This document shows, in pieces, positions 10,029 through 19,866 of a stretch of 24,498 nucleotides of DNA (position 1 is its first letter; each line of letters opens with the position of its first letter). The stretch lies in IMG/VR virus record IMGVR_UViG_3300033067_001162, positions 1 to 24,498 of that record; one strand, written 5' to 3'. The notes beneath the pieces are model-generated. The model saw only the letters and a program-made list of their open reading frames with translations, did not search any database and was not told the DNA's origin. Origin of the DNA: a virus. Its lineage: Duplodnaviria; Caudoviricetes. Made by a program: the position numbers and the translations under genes.

Positions 10029-10373
10029 TTATTTTATAATAATAGAAGCAATGTCTTCAATCCACTCTTCCAGACGAGAAAATTCTTTTGTGTAGCAATA
10101 AATAATATCCACATATCCTTCACGAACTCTGAAAAGTGAAAATTCTTTATTTTGTATTTTTCAATATTCGTGAAGTTCTCAATCCCAATCCAGAATTTTT
10201 TGTTGGTCAATTATCTTTTCCAAAATAGGGTGTATAGACCCATCAAAATTGAAGAAGTATTCCACTTTCCCACGAAACATATTCGCGTCTACATCAATAA
10301 AAGAGAAACTGACAACTGGATCATTATTTTTGACTTCTGTTTTCTGAAGAAGTATTTTTTCAAGCGATTTCAT
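10029..10373 (-). CDS. Hypothetical protein (114 aa)
   Basis: Track ORF 10179..10373 extended through two TGA to TAA 10029. Confidence 0.65.
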
Positions 10374-10381
10374 AAAATATA

Positions 10382-10726
10382 TTACGGAATAAAAGTGTCA
10401 ATCTCAACAAAGAAACATTCCTCTCACGGTTTGCAAATCCTCTTTTCTGCGTCGATCTTGTGAACCTGGTGATCGTTTATTTTGTCATAGACATTCCCGA
10501 AGTGTTCGAATATGCAATCCTGTGCCACTTTCAGAAGGTTGTCGAGATCAGACCTGGTCGAGACATAAAATATCCAGGTCATCTTGTATGGCGGCGGACA
10601 ATCTATTTCAACCTCTCTCAATGCCCGTGCCATATTGTGCATAAATACCTTCTTCTTCGCGGTGCTGTGTCGTCTGCCAGTATAGGCTTCATTCACTGAG
10701 ATTGGTTTGAATTCAAATTTCATCAT
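10382..10726 (-). CDS. rusA: RusA-like Holliday junction resolvase
   Basis: KPISVN, SDLDNLLKVAQD, NDHQV motifs; one TGA then TAA 10382. Confidence 0.85.
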
Positions 10727-10727
10727 A

Positions 10728-11114
10728 CTAGTCAACAAAGTTTAGTTTTTCAATGTCTGGGAAATCGTGGAAAATCTGTTTTGCAATATGCGGTTGGAGT
10801 TTCGCACCATTGGCATAGATCAGATTCTCGTCTTGGTGTTTGTCGTGTCCCAATCAAACTCCAATATATGCCTTCCATTGGTTCTCATATGATTCAACCA
10901 GAACAGCACCAATCAGACTTGGCATTCAAACCTGGACGGTTGACCACCAGGTCGATGCCTTGATTTTCTGGTGTCTCTTTTGTCCTGGACTTCGAATCGG
11001 AACAACGATGCTGGCATTGCATTCGTCGCAACACTTTCAATCACGGACTGGATATGAATTGTTTCAATACCCAATCAGTTCTTTGTGACAAATGCAGCAA
11101 AAGAAGTTTTCCAT
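10728..11114 (-). CDS. Zn-binding hypothetical phage protein (128 aa)
   Basis: CCICHKELIGY(G)NNSYPVRD(G)KCCDECNASIVVPIR; open only with TGA=Gly. Confidence 0.7.
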
Positions 11115-11118
11115 ATTT

Positions 11119-11742
11119 TTAGATTAAAAAGTCATCTTGGTTCAGTTTGTCCCAGTAGAAATCAAGCGTGTCATAGATGACTTTTGGAACGGCAATCGTC
11201 TGTTTCTTCTCTTCAGAGAATGTCGGGACAGTTGGTTCCAGGAACATCAGATATTCTGAACCTGGGTTGAATTCATCTTTGAAGAAATTGACATCAACAG
11301 ACCGAATGAAGAATGTCATTTCACGGGCTTTGGTCTTGAACTCATACTTCTTCAGAGTCCCAGTGATATTTTGGCAGAAGTTCAATGAATTCCAATCCTG
11401 GATTGTCTCATTCATTTTCTCGAAGATATTGATTCCTTTTTGAGAATGGAAATCATCAAGCGTCAATTGTTTGTCATCAAGTTTCTCCAGATATGATTGC
11501 AGAGTCTTTTCATAGTTCCTGAAGTTCCTGACGATGACCATATTGTATGAAGTGAAGAAGGTTTCGAAGACATCTTCAAATTTCAAATCAATAGACCAGA
11601 TACCGTCCTCGTCCATCTTCAAACCTCACACAGAGAACTTCAATCAAATTGATTCGAGAGTCTTCGCGAGTGGAAAATTGATGGCGTGCTGAAGTGCCTT
11701 TATATCATAGCGTTTGAGTTGTGGAGCAGTTGATTTTTTCAT
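11119..11742 (-). CDS. Hypothetical protein (207 aa)
   Basis: ATG 11742 with CCCCTACT leader, two TGA, joins track ORF 11119..11622. Confidence 0.75.
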
Positions 11743-11766
11743 AGTAGGGGAAAAGAAAAATAAATA

Positions 11767-11946
11767 TTATTTGATAGAGATTCGAATTTGCACGACGAAC
11801 AGAGAAATTATACAAGTGTTTCAACCGATCTGAATTCACAGTTTCCAATTCCATCATCAACCGAATCTTCACCAAAGAGCAGTGGAAGACTCCTGTGAAA
11901 TAGAAATATGGAGTTTTCAGAGAGAGAATTTTTTTGAGTATTGCAT
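11767..11946 (-). CDS. Small Gly/Trp-rich protein (59 aa, six TGA codons)
   Basis: MQYSKKFSLGKLHISISQESSTALWGRFGGGWNWKLGIQIGGNTCIISLFVVQIRISIK fills the gap between neighbours. Confidence 0.65.
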
Positions 11947-11955
11947 AGAAAAATA

Positions 11956-12486
11956 TTATTTGCAGACACGACGAAGATGCCATTCTGTCTCTGTTTTGAA
12001 TCTGTCTTTGACAAGCTGTCGAACATTGAATCCATAGAGACGATCTGAAATCGTGCCATTGTTGAAAACTTCAGTGTAGTATTCGAAGCATTTCTCCATC
12101 TGCCAAATCGGGTCGTGAAAGTTTTGGTCTTTCAATGTTTCTTTCTGCCAAATGTCATTCCACTGACAGAATCAGTGTGCGTGTCCGTGATCACCGACTG
12201 CTTCTGGGTCAAATTGTGATTCGGCTTCAACCGTCAAAACGAAGTCCATATTGCCTTCAGAGATTTCAAGAGCATTGTGAACATTGGCATTCTCCACGAA
12301 TGTCTTGTCTCTCCAAGATACCTGACGCAAGAGTTTTGTGACTGGATAGGATTCAACCCAGCAATCAGCGACTGGCGCGATTGTTTCGATTGGCTTCTTT
12401 GAATCATCAAACATATTCATCGAAAAATATATGATGGTGAGAATCACTGTGAGAGTGAAGATGATTTTTGGGTGAGTGGGTTTCAT
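11956..12486 (-). CDS. N-terminally membrane-anchored lytic transglycosylase (SLT-like, 176 aa)
   Basis: TM segment IIFTLTVILTIIYF; EAESQFDPEAVGDHGHAH(G)FCQ matches ES..F...A......G..Q SLT motifs. Confidence 0.75.
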
Positions 12487-12489
12487 AGA

Positions 12490-12798
12490 TTATTTGTAAA
12501 TATGTTTTCTGAAATTATTCAGGAATGCTTTGATTCTATCCCGATTCTGTTTCGACTCGATGACAGCGTCAGCAAATGCAATTTGGTCATCAACCACAGC
12601 TTCGATGGTGAGACCACCAGTCTTGCTTCGCTGATAATCGTCAACAGCTTCTGGCGTGATATAGAAGACATTGTTGATTTTGATTGTCTTTATTTTGCCA
12701 CTGTGACAATTGCGATAGAGCGTGCGCGAAGTCATTTGAAACAGTTTGAGTCTATCTGCTTCCGCGATGGTGATTGGTTGTGTTGGTACTTTGAACAT
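12490..12798 (-). CDS. Excisionase-like (MerR/HTH_17) DNA-binding protein
   Basis: ITIAEA...TSRTLYRNCHSGKIKTIKINNVFYITPEAVDDY. Confidence 0.7.
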   Translation of the reverse strand: MFKVPTQPITIAEADRLKLFQMTSRTLYRNCHSGKIKTIKINNVFYITPEAVDDYQRSKTGGLTIEAVVDDQIAFADAVIESKQNRDRIKAFLNNFRKHIYK

Positions 12799-12817
12799 AA
12801 AAAAAGAAAAATAAGAA

Positions 12818-13642
12818 TTACATTTTGTCCCACCAGTGTTCCTTCTTGACCCGCTTGTCTTCCCCAGTGAATCTGACCGTCCTGGAGACTTCTATCAGAC
12901 GACTGGCAATCTGTGCCATCATCATCTTGCCTATGTCTTCCAGAGATTGATTTGAAGTGATGATAATTGGTTTGCGGTTCTCATATCGAGAATTCACCAC
13001 CAAGAAAATCTGTTCCTTCAACCAGTCCGTCGGCTTCTCCATTCCAAAATCATCAATGACGAGCAGATCAACTTCTTTCATATCGTTGAAAAGACTCTTG
13101 TCTGCATTGTCACTGTCAAATGATTTTCTGACTCGGTCAGCGACATCAGAGAATGAAATGAACATCACTTCAACCAGGTGCTTTTCTATGAGTTCGTTGG
13201 CGATTGCTGAAGCAGTGTGAGTCTTTCAAGTCCCAACATCACCCCAGAAATAGAGACCGAAACCCTTTTGATCCATCTCTTCCCAGTTGTCCACATATCC
13301 CTGGCAAATCTCAAGGAGTTTTGGCGCGCTCTTGAGGTCTGAAAGTCTCTTGTCTTGGAATCTATCGGAAACGCCAGATTTTTTCAATGCAGCGTCAATT
13401 TTCCGTCTCTTCCAGATTTTGAGCGATTCCATCTGTGCTGGTGCTTCCAGCCACTCGGTTCGAAGAGTCTGTCATTTTTCACAGTGATCACAGAACCGTG
13501 GCACTTCACCATATATCTGACTCCAAGCTGCTTCATATGGTTCGATTCCATCACGGCAGAAATTACACGGCGACAGTATCATCGGCACTTCATTCTGTGC
13601 TGATTTTTCCTGTGTTTGAATGTCATTTTCCTTGTGGTTCAT
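12818..13642 (-). CDS. DnaC/IstB-like helicase loader ATPase with N-terminal CxxC..CxxC (274 aa)
   Basis: GLYFWGDVGT(G)KTH Walker A, DLLVIDDFGME Walker B, NSRYENRKPIIITSN, RLIE. Confidence 0.92.
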
Positions 13643-14282
13643 TTGTTGAAGAGATTATTTGAATTTCATCGTTCCAGTTTTCGCCGTTGATCCAGGTCAG
13701 AGGATTCTTGATGAATCATTCTTTCCATTTCTTGCTGGTCTTCTGTTTCTCAATGGCTGTGAGTATCGTTGGAAGAAGTGAAGGTTTCAGTTTGAGAAAC
13801 TTTGTCATTGCTTTCTTCTTCTCAACCTTGTTTGGATAGGCAGACCAGAACTTCTCGAAGTCTGCTTCCGTCATCACATCTTTCTTTGGCGGTGATTCAG
13901 TTGGCTTCGGAGGTGTTTTCTCCTGGACATACTTTTCGCGCATTTTTTCGCGCTTCTTCAGCAGAGGTCACAATCGGTCAATCAGGTGCTGACTATATAT
14001 GAACTCTCACTTCTTCTGGAGAAGGTCAAATCAGATATAGAATTCAATGATTTCCTTCAGCAGTTTTTCATCAATCCCGAAGTCTGCTGCAATGACTTGC
14101 ACTTCAGAATCGGAGAGTTCTATCTTGAAATTGTCAGAGTCCGTCAGGTGTTCGAGCAACATACAAAATACTGAATATCCATCAGCACCCCATTTGTTGC
14201 GAGCAACTTTCACGACTCGGTGATTTCGGAGGTTGGTATCGTGAGAGAACCAGTCAGCATTGTTTTTGGTAGGTCTTGACAT
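13563..14282 (-). CDS. Phage replication initiator (DUF4373/Lin1244-like N-terminus, 239 aa)
   Basis: MSRPTKNNADWFSHD...GADGYSVFCMLLE; C-terminal FEKFWSAYPNKVEKKKA...(G)FIKNPLTWINGENWNDE; directly upstream of DnaC. Confidence 0.85.
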
Positions 14283-14306
14283 AGTGGGTTGTCGAGATTA
14301 TTGGAA

Positions 14307-14504
14307 TTATTTTGTCCGAGACTTGATGAACTTTGTGATCGCTGACTCTGGAATTCTTATGATGCGACGGATAGAACCTTTCTCGGATATATCCACAAAT
14401 CACAGTTTCCCGTCTTTGATCAGCTGACGAATTGTCCGCCCTTTGTAGCCGAGCAGTTTTTTGTCGACCACTTCTTTGATGGTGAAGAGGGTTTCGTTTG
14501 TCAT
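14307..14504 (-). CDS. Excisionase-like (HTH_17) small DNA-binding protein (65 aa)
   Basis: LFTIKEVV...GRTIRQLIKDGKL(G)FVDI...IRIPESAITKFI. Confidence 0.8.
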
Positions 14505-14511
14505 AAGAGAA

Positions 14512-14634
14512 TTATTGAGATATTTTTGCAGTTTCTGTCGCAGCTGGAATATTGAAGTGTGATGACGGTTCTTTGAAAGAACGAAGTTTGATCACTTTCT
14601 GCTTTTTTGCAGATGACACTGGTTGCTGTTCCAT
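14512..14634 (-). CDS. Possible small protein (40 aa)
   Basis: ATG with T-rich leader just downstream of a putative promoter; TAA 7 nt before next ATG. Confidence 0.35.
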   Translation of the reverse strand: MEQQPVSSAKKQKVIKLRSFKEPSSHFNIPAATETAKISQ

Positions 14635-14648
14635 AAAATAAAAAGGTT

Positions 14649-14737
14649 ATATATTGACAGGTGACAATATATGAAATAAAGATTTGAATGCAAGGATTTT
14701 ATTGCAATTATTTGCAACAATTTGCTGTTGTTTGCAT
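14649..14737. promoter_or_regulatory. Leftward promoter/operator region: 24-bp palindrome plus 10-bp-phased TTGC array
   Basis: ATATATTGACA-GG-TGACAATATAT (14649-14672); minus strand TTGCAT-16-TATATT; TTGC at 14702, 14712, 14722, 14732. Confidence 0.55.
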
Positions 14738-14752
14738 TATAGAGCCGAAACA

Positions 14753-15385
14753 CTATGGATTGACAATTCCGCTTGTGGTTTCTTGCATTGCCAACTCCCA
14801 CACTCACTGATTGATTTGTCGTTTCTTCGCAACTTCCCAAGAGGTTGGAAGGAATCGTTTGTCGACATTCTGAATCTTTGCACGGATTCTTTTGATATGA
14901 TCTTCACGAGGTAGTTTTCACAATTCACTCAAAAAGATGAATGGTGAATCTGTCTTCAAGTCATAAATCATATCACCATAGAATTCTTTCCAAATTTCTG
15001 TGGTCAAAAGCACATCATCATTTCTGGTGTCTGGGATTTTCTCCAGGATAACAAGAATTTGCTGTGTGAGTTGTCACATCTTCTTCGAACTTGAATCTAT
15101 TTTCACAACTGGTGTTTCACTTGTATATTGCACATTTTCTATGATTGGAGTCAATCAGAATCAATCTCTTGTTTGAAAAATCATATTGAAACCGACGAAC
15201 CGTGCTGGTGATTCCAGGAATTCGCCAATTGAATTTTCAACAATATGTCATTTTCCTGGATTGGCTGTGAGTCATTTCACAACATATGTCATTGCATTTC
15301 TGGTGAAATACCAATCTTTTTTGTCTGTTGAAAACTTATAGTGTGAAGGCTCTCAAGCGAACTTGATTTCTATATCTTTTTTCAT
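14753..15385 (-). CDS. Hypothetical phage protein (210 aa)
   Basis: Open only with TGA=Gly; C-part ILEKIPDTRNDDVLL...LPREDHIKRIRAKIQN...FLPTSWEVAKKR; CCACT leader. Confidence 0.75.
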
Positions 15386-15612
15386 AGTGGAGTAGGTGAA
15401 GAAGTAGAAGGTTTGTTTCTCTGGTGGTATGGAACATATTCGCCATATATGAAGATATATTCCGCCACTTCTTTCTGTCTGAAATGAAGTGTGTTGGCAT
15501 AGGCATAGAATTCATCGACAACTGCCGTGATCTCTTCAGCTGTCTTTGCAGACTTCTTGCGCTTGTGAAGGTCTTTGACTTTCTGGACTTCCAATTTGAT
15601 TTCATAATTCAT
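15370..15612 (-). CDS. Hypothetical protein (80 aa)
   Basis: Track ORF 15382..15612 extended four codons to TAG. Confidence 0.6.
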
Positions 15613-15622
15613 AGAGAGATTT

Positions 15623-16231
15623 TTAGATGATATTGCGGTTCAAAAGTTCGAAATAGCACTTCTTTGTTGCTTCTATGTCCGCCATCGCATTGTGTGCATT
15701 GTCAAACCCCACTCAAAAGAGTTTTTTGTGAAGTTCGTCCAGCTTCGGATATTTATATCCCTTGTAGTTGCTTTTTATAGCACAGAAGTCAATCGTTGCT
15801 TGCATTGTGCAAAACTCTTTGTCCAGGAACATCTGTTTCCATTCATTCTTGCCTGGTGTGAGATCGAGAGGATAGAGACGATCAAGTTCGATGAAGACAA
15901 TTCGACGGTCATATTCTGCATTGTGACAGATGACAATATCGGCTGTTCGAACCAGGGCTGTGAGCAGTTCAGAGAATGATTCGAATGATGGTTTGTCAGC
16001 AACCATTTCGTCTGTGATACCGTGGACATTTGATGCTTGTTCTGGTATAGGAACGCCAGGGTTGAAATAGAGGTCATTCGAAGTTTCCTTCAAAACGGTT
16101 CCATCTTTCTCATACTCACCGAAAATATATCAGAATTGCACCAGGTGCGGTTGCACTTCGAGAGGAGCGTTTTTGTCCTTCTCAAGAAGTCCAGTTGTCT
16201 CTGTGTCGAAGAAGAGGATTTTTTTAGACAT
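15623..16231 (-). CDS. DEDDh 3'-5' exonuclease (DnaQ-like, 202 aa)
   Basis: FFDTETTG (Exo I), VHGIT, CHNAEYD (Exo II), AHNAMADIEAT (Exo III). Confidence 0.92.
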
Positions 16232-16240
16232 AGAGAGTTA

Positions 16241-17473
16241 TTATTTGATTTCAACAGTTTTTTCACTCTGGAAGATATTCTTTGCAGTCTCAACTGCATC
16301 TTCGACTGGTTCAGACTTCTTTTTCACTGACTTCTTGGCTTCGGTGATTTTGACATCTGTCACTTTGACACCGTCACCGTCCTTTTCAACTGTTGCTTCT
16401 GCCGTGTGGTCTCAATCTGGGTGTCCAGGGTCAACCGCAACCGCTGTTGGTTTCACTGGCTCTTTTGGCTTGAATTCATCAATCTTCATTTCTATCCTTT
16501 GAATAAAGTCGATTGCTTGTTTCTCGGTCAAACCAGTTTCGTCATTGACGATATAGAGTTTCTTGATAGTTGCCTTCTTCATATCGTCCGAAATATCTGT
16601 GCGGTATTTCTGAAGACCCTTTTCATCTCTCTCTTCACCGCGTGTCTCAATGGCTGTCTTCATAAAACGAGACCAGACATCGGCAATCAGCTTGATAGTC
16701 TCTGGGTCGATGCGTTTGTCGCCGATACCCTTTGGAACAACAGCCTTGAAGCCTGGTGGTGCATATTTCTCTTCTTCTGGTGGTGCTTCGTGTTTGGCAA
16801 CGACACATTCTTCACCAACACAGATTGAAGACATCAGCTTGACCCATTCAGAGAAGTCCAGGCTTGGATTGTCTGTCTTCAGTGGAGCAAGACGGTTCTT
16901 TGTGGCAAGAACAGCGTGTTCTTTCACGACCATATATCTTTCTCCAAGAGTCTTGTCAATATCTAGGTAGCCAACGACATCACAAGCAGCTGCAATCTCT
17001 GTGGCAGACTTTCCATTCAATGATGGATAGATGCGGACGATAGTGTCTTCATCTTTCTCAACATTCTCTTGCGCCAAAAATATGCAGTGCATTGGGAGAT
17101 CACGGAAGTCACGAATGACTCTCTTGATTTTTGTGGAGACCTCTCCCCAGTCATCGCGACGAATAGCACGGTTGTTCTTCTTCTCGATCTCTGCCTTGAT
17201 GATTTCATTGATCTCGGTGATCGAGTCGATGATGATGGTTTGATAATCGTGTTTTTGTGTTTTCAAATAATCGTGAGCGTCCTGAAGGTCTTTCAGTGAA
17301 CGAATGACGACAGCATCGGGGTTTTTATCTGCAATAGAAAGCAGACCAGCTTCAGCGGACAAGAACAGCGGTTTTGGAGCAGTAGACGCGAAAGTTGTCT
17401 TTCCCGTTCCTGGTTTTCCGAAAATGAGTGCTTTGATAAAATGGTCTTGTGGCTTGAATTTGACGATTTGCAT
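16241..17473 (-). CDS. Sak4-like AAA (AAA_24) phage recombination ATPase with long C-terminal tail (410 aa)
   Basis: ALIFGKPGTGKTTFA, SAEAG, TIIIDSITE, AACDVVGYL, KNR motifs. Confidence 0.88.
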
Positions 17474-17496
17474 AGTGGGGTGTGGGGTTGGAAATA

Positions 17497-17772
17497 TTAT
17501 TCTGTGACTTCTGGAGCTGGTTCACCTTTCTCTGGAATGATGCGGTTCTTCCAAACATCTTTGACGAACGATTCATCGAATGAATTCATTCAGACTGGGA
17601 AGATGGCTGTTTCAACAGCCTTGTGGTTTTCCTGGAATAGATCAAAGGAAACTTTCTGTTCTGCATTCTTATAGAATCGAACCAGGGCTTGTTCCGCTGT
17701 CTCGGCAGTGACGACAGCAAGACAGTTGTCGTGTCCTTCACCAAAAATGATGAAGCATTTCTCTGTTGGCAT
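17497..17772 (-). CDS. Hypothetical protein (91 aa)
   Basis: ATG with TTTTTACT leader, one TGA, TAA stop. Confidence 0.7.
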
Positions 17773-17797
17773 AGTAAAAAGGATAAAAAATAGAAAT

Positions 17798-18034
17798 TTA
17801 CTGGAAGTCACGAGTGACAACCGTGGAAAATATATTCACAAGTGCGACTGGCACAAATATCGCCACGAAGTACATTGAATAATTATCACGGAAGTTTGGA
17901 TCAAGAGACAAGAAGGCAATCATCGTGATCACAAGACCAATACAAAATTTGTCTGTGACCTCTCGAAAGCGAATCAATCGCTGGATATTTTTCCGTTGTC
18001 CCAGATGGGACTTCTTGAAGGTGTGCTGAATCAT
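17798..18034 (-). CDS. Small two-TM membrane protein (78 aa), first gene of leftward early operon
   Basis: Two hydrophobic segments; CCCCACTATTCT leader. Confidence 0.65.
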   Translation of the reverse strand: MIQHTFKKSHLGQRKNIQRLIRFREVTDKFCIGLVITMIAFLSLDPNFRDNYSMYFVAIFVPVALVNIFSTVVTRDFQ

Positions 18035-18089
18035 AGAATAGTGGGGTTAAAAGATAGGCACGAAAGAACAATATTGAAAACCAGAATCT

Positions 18090-18234
18090 TTGCAAGTATT
18101 TTTTGCACGACTTTGCCAATGATTGCACATATTTGCATATGTAATTTTGAGACTTTGGCTTCTGCAAGAGGTTTGTGCAAACAGTTGCAAACAGTTGCAA
18201 AAGATTTGACAAGCCGAAAAGAGTGTGGCACACT
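18090..18234. promoter_or_regulatory. Divergent promoter region with 10-bp-phased TTGC arrays
   Basis: TTGC at 18103, 18113, 18123, 18133; TGCAAACAGT x2.6 at 18176-18201; plus-strand TTGACA(18206)-17 nt-CACACT with TG extension. Confidence 0.6.
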
Positions 18235-18339
18235 ATGGGTGTTCTATCAATAACCCCACAAAATATGAAATCAAAACCACCCTAGCGAATTTCTGCCGTC
18301 AGAAAACTGTCAGAAACTCTATTTCCTCATTCAGAAACT

Positions 18340-18603
18340 ATGTCACATCAAATCCAACTCGTCGATCAACACCCAACAAGGGAAATCGCATTCCGCAAAT
18401 ACCAGGTCATCAAACGCCAGGACGGATTCTTCAGCACAACAACAGAAGTGATATTCAAACCAGAATATTTCAAATCTGTTGACCGTATACAGTCAGAGCA
18501 AAGAAACAGCATTCAGGAGAAACGCCCGTTCGGTCATTCTCTCTTCTCTTCAGTGAAGGTCGCCAATATCCAAATCAACGGCAACCTTCGTCTGAAGTTC
18601 TAG
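18340..18603 (+). CDS. Hypothetical protein (87 aa)
   Basis: ACT-ATG start, TAG stop, first gene of the only plus-strand operon. Confidence 0.65.
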   Translation: MSHQIQLVDQHPTREIAFRKYQVIKRQDGFFSTTTEVIFKPEYFKSVDRIQSEQRNSIQEKRPFGHSLFSSVKVANIQINGNLRLKF

Positions 18604-18638
18604 TTATCATCTTTTATCATTTACTATCAAACCCCACT

Positions 18639-19334
18639 ATGAACACATTCAATCCAACATTCTCTGGACACCGCACTATTCGTTCAATTATCTGGTCAAA
18701 GGTACTCGACAGCATCGAAAGCATATCATTGCTTGAAATGTTCATCAATCTCGGTCTCGGTGTCGTCTCTGGCTGTGCAGCATATGCACTGATTCACCCA
18801 GACCACGCCCAGGCAATAGCACAAGCCATCAATGAATGGCACAATTACGCCTTCGCAAAGACAGTTCTTTCATTCGGAATCCTTTTCAATGCACGCAAGA
18901 TATATCACATCATCAAAATATTGGTCGCTAGACACGCGAAACAAGTTCCGACGGGTGAAACCCTTGAAGGAATCCCAATCGTTGAAATTCTCGACCATCT
19001 GTTCGAATTCCAGAGCTTCAAGCGCGACGACATAGAAAAGAAGTTCTGAATCCCACGAAATCGGTTCACTGACCTTGCACAGAAACTTGAAGAACTTGGA
19101 ATCCTGGCAAGAGGTGAGAACAATGCCCGTGTCCTCAATCCTGAATATAGCCGTTCCGACATCGCTTCAGTTCTCCAGGGTGCTGAACGGTCTGGTGACA
19201 TCAACAAAGTGTTCCGAGAGGTCAAACCAAATTCATTCACAAGCGAGCCGACTGGAAAGACTATCTTGGAGAGAGTCAAATCGTTTCTCTCCCCTTCCCC
19301 ACGGTTCACACCTCACAGAATCGGCGAAGAGTAG
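18639..19334 (+). CDS. Membrane protein with C-terminal FtsK-gamma-like winged helix (231 aa)
   Basis: CCCCACT leader; two hydrophobic segments; FKRDDIEKKF(G)IPRNRFTDLAQKLEELGILARGENNARVL resembles the FtsK gamma pattern; TGA at 19047 read through to TAG 19334. Confidence 0.65.
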
Positions 19335-19354
19335 AAAACCGCTGCGGCACTGGG

Positions 19355-19404
19355 TGCAACGGTCAGACAACCGCTTTGCAACCCACGGACAACCACTGGA
19401 CAAC
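19355..19404 (+). repeat. Five (TG/GA)CAAC units at exact 11-bp period
   Basis: TGCAAC 19355, GACAAC 19366, TGCAAC 19377, GACAAC 19388, GACAAC 19399. Confidence 0.7.
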
Positions 19405-19432
19405 AAAAGAATCCCCAAACGGGGATTCTTTT
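19405..19432. terminator. Bidirectional intrinsic terminator between convergent operons
   Basis: AAAAGAATCCCC-AAAC-GGGGATTCTTTT. Confidence 0.88.
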
Positions 19433-19560
19433 TATACACTTAGCAACAAAATGGATAGAAAAACATTTGATTGAAGCGGAAAGGTCGGTTCACTTATTTC
19501 GTTGCAAATTACACTTAACAACAAAAGTTTGTTCACATTCAGTGTCGGTCACTATACAAA

Positions 19561-19842
19561 CTATCCTAGTTTGTTCACTTCTGTCACTGACTGTGAATTT
19601 GATTCGATTATTCGAACAAAGTATTCATAGAAGAAAACGGCAGATCAAAATGTCTGTGCAGAGAATGCAGCAACTTGTGCTTTGATAACTTCATCAGCAA
19701 AATATTGATATGCAGTGTATGCAGTGGCAGCAACGAGAACAAAGATTGCGAGAACAAGCCTATTTGATAGACCAGAACGCTTTGAAAACTGTGTCAGAAC
19801 GGTGATGATAGCACCGACGAATATTGGGGCAAGTGTCTCCAT
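19561..19842 (-). CDS. Putative holin (93 aa)
   Basis: Small protein with 2-3 hydrophobic helices, last gene of the late operon, next to a peptidase. Confidence 0.65.
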
Positions 19843-19866
19843 AGTAAAAGGGGTAAAAAATAAAAA

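Noticed and set aside
15382-15385. ATGA stop-start overlap as a fossil of the standard code
   Set aside because: Single instance, ATG-A is common, and a TAG follows four codons later; not distinguishable from chance
199-17674. Numerous plus-strand ORFs in the track (e.g. 582..920, 8085..8456, 16406..16828)
   Set aside because: Antisense shadows of well-supported minus-strand genes, with no recognisable motifs
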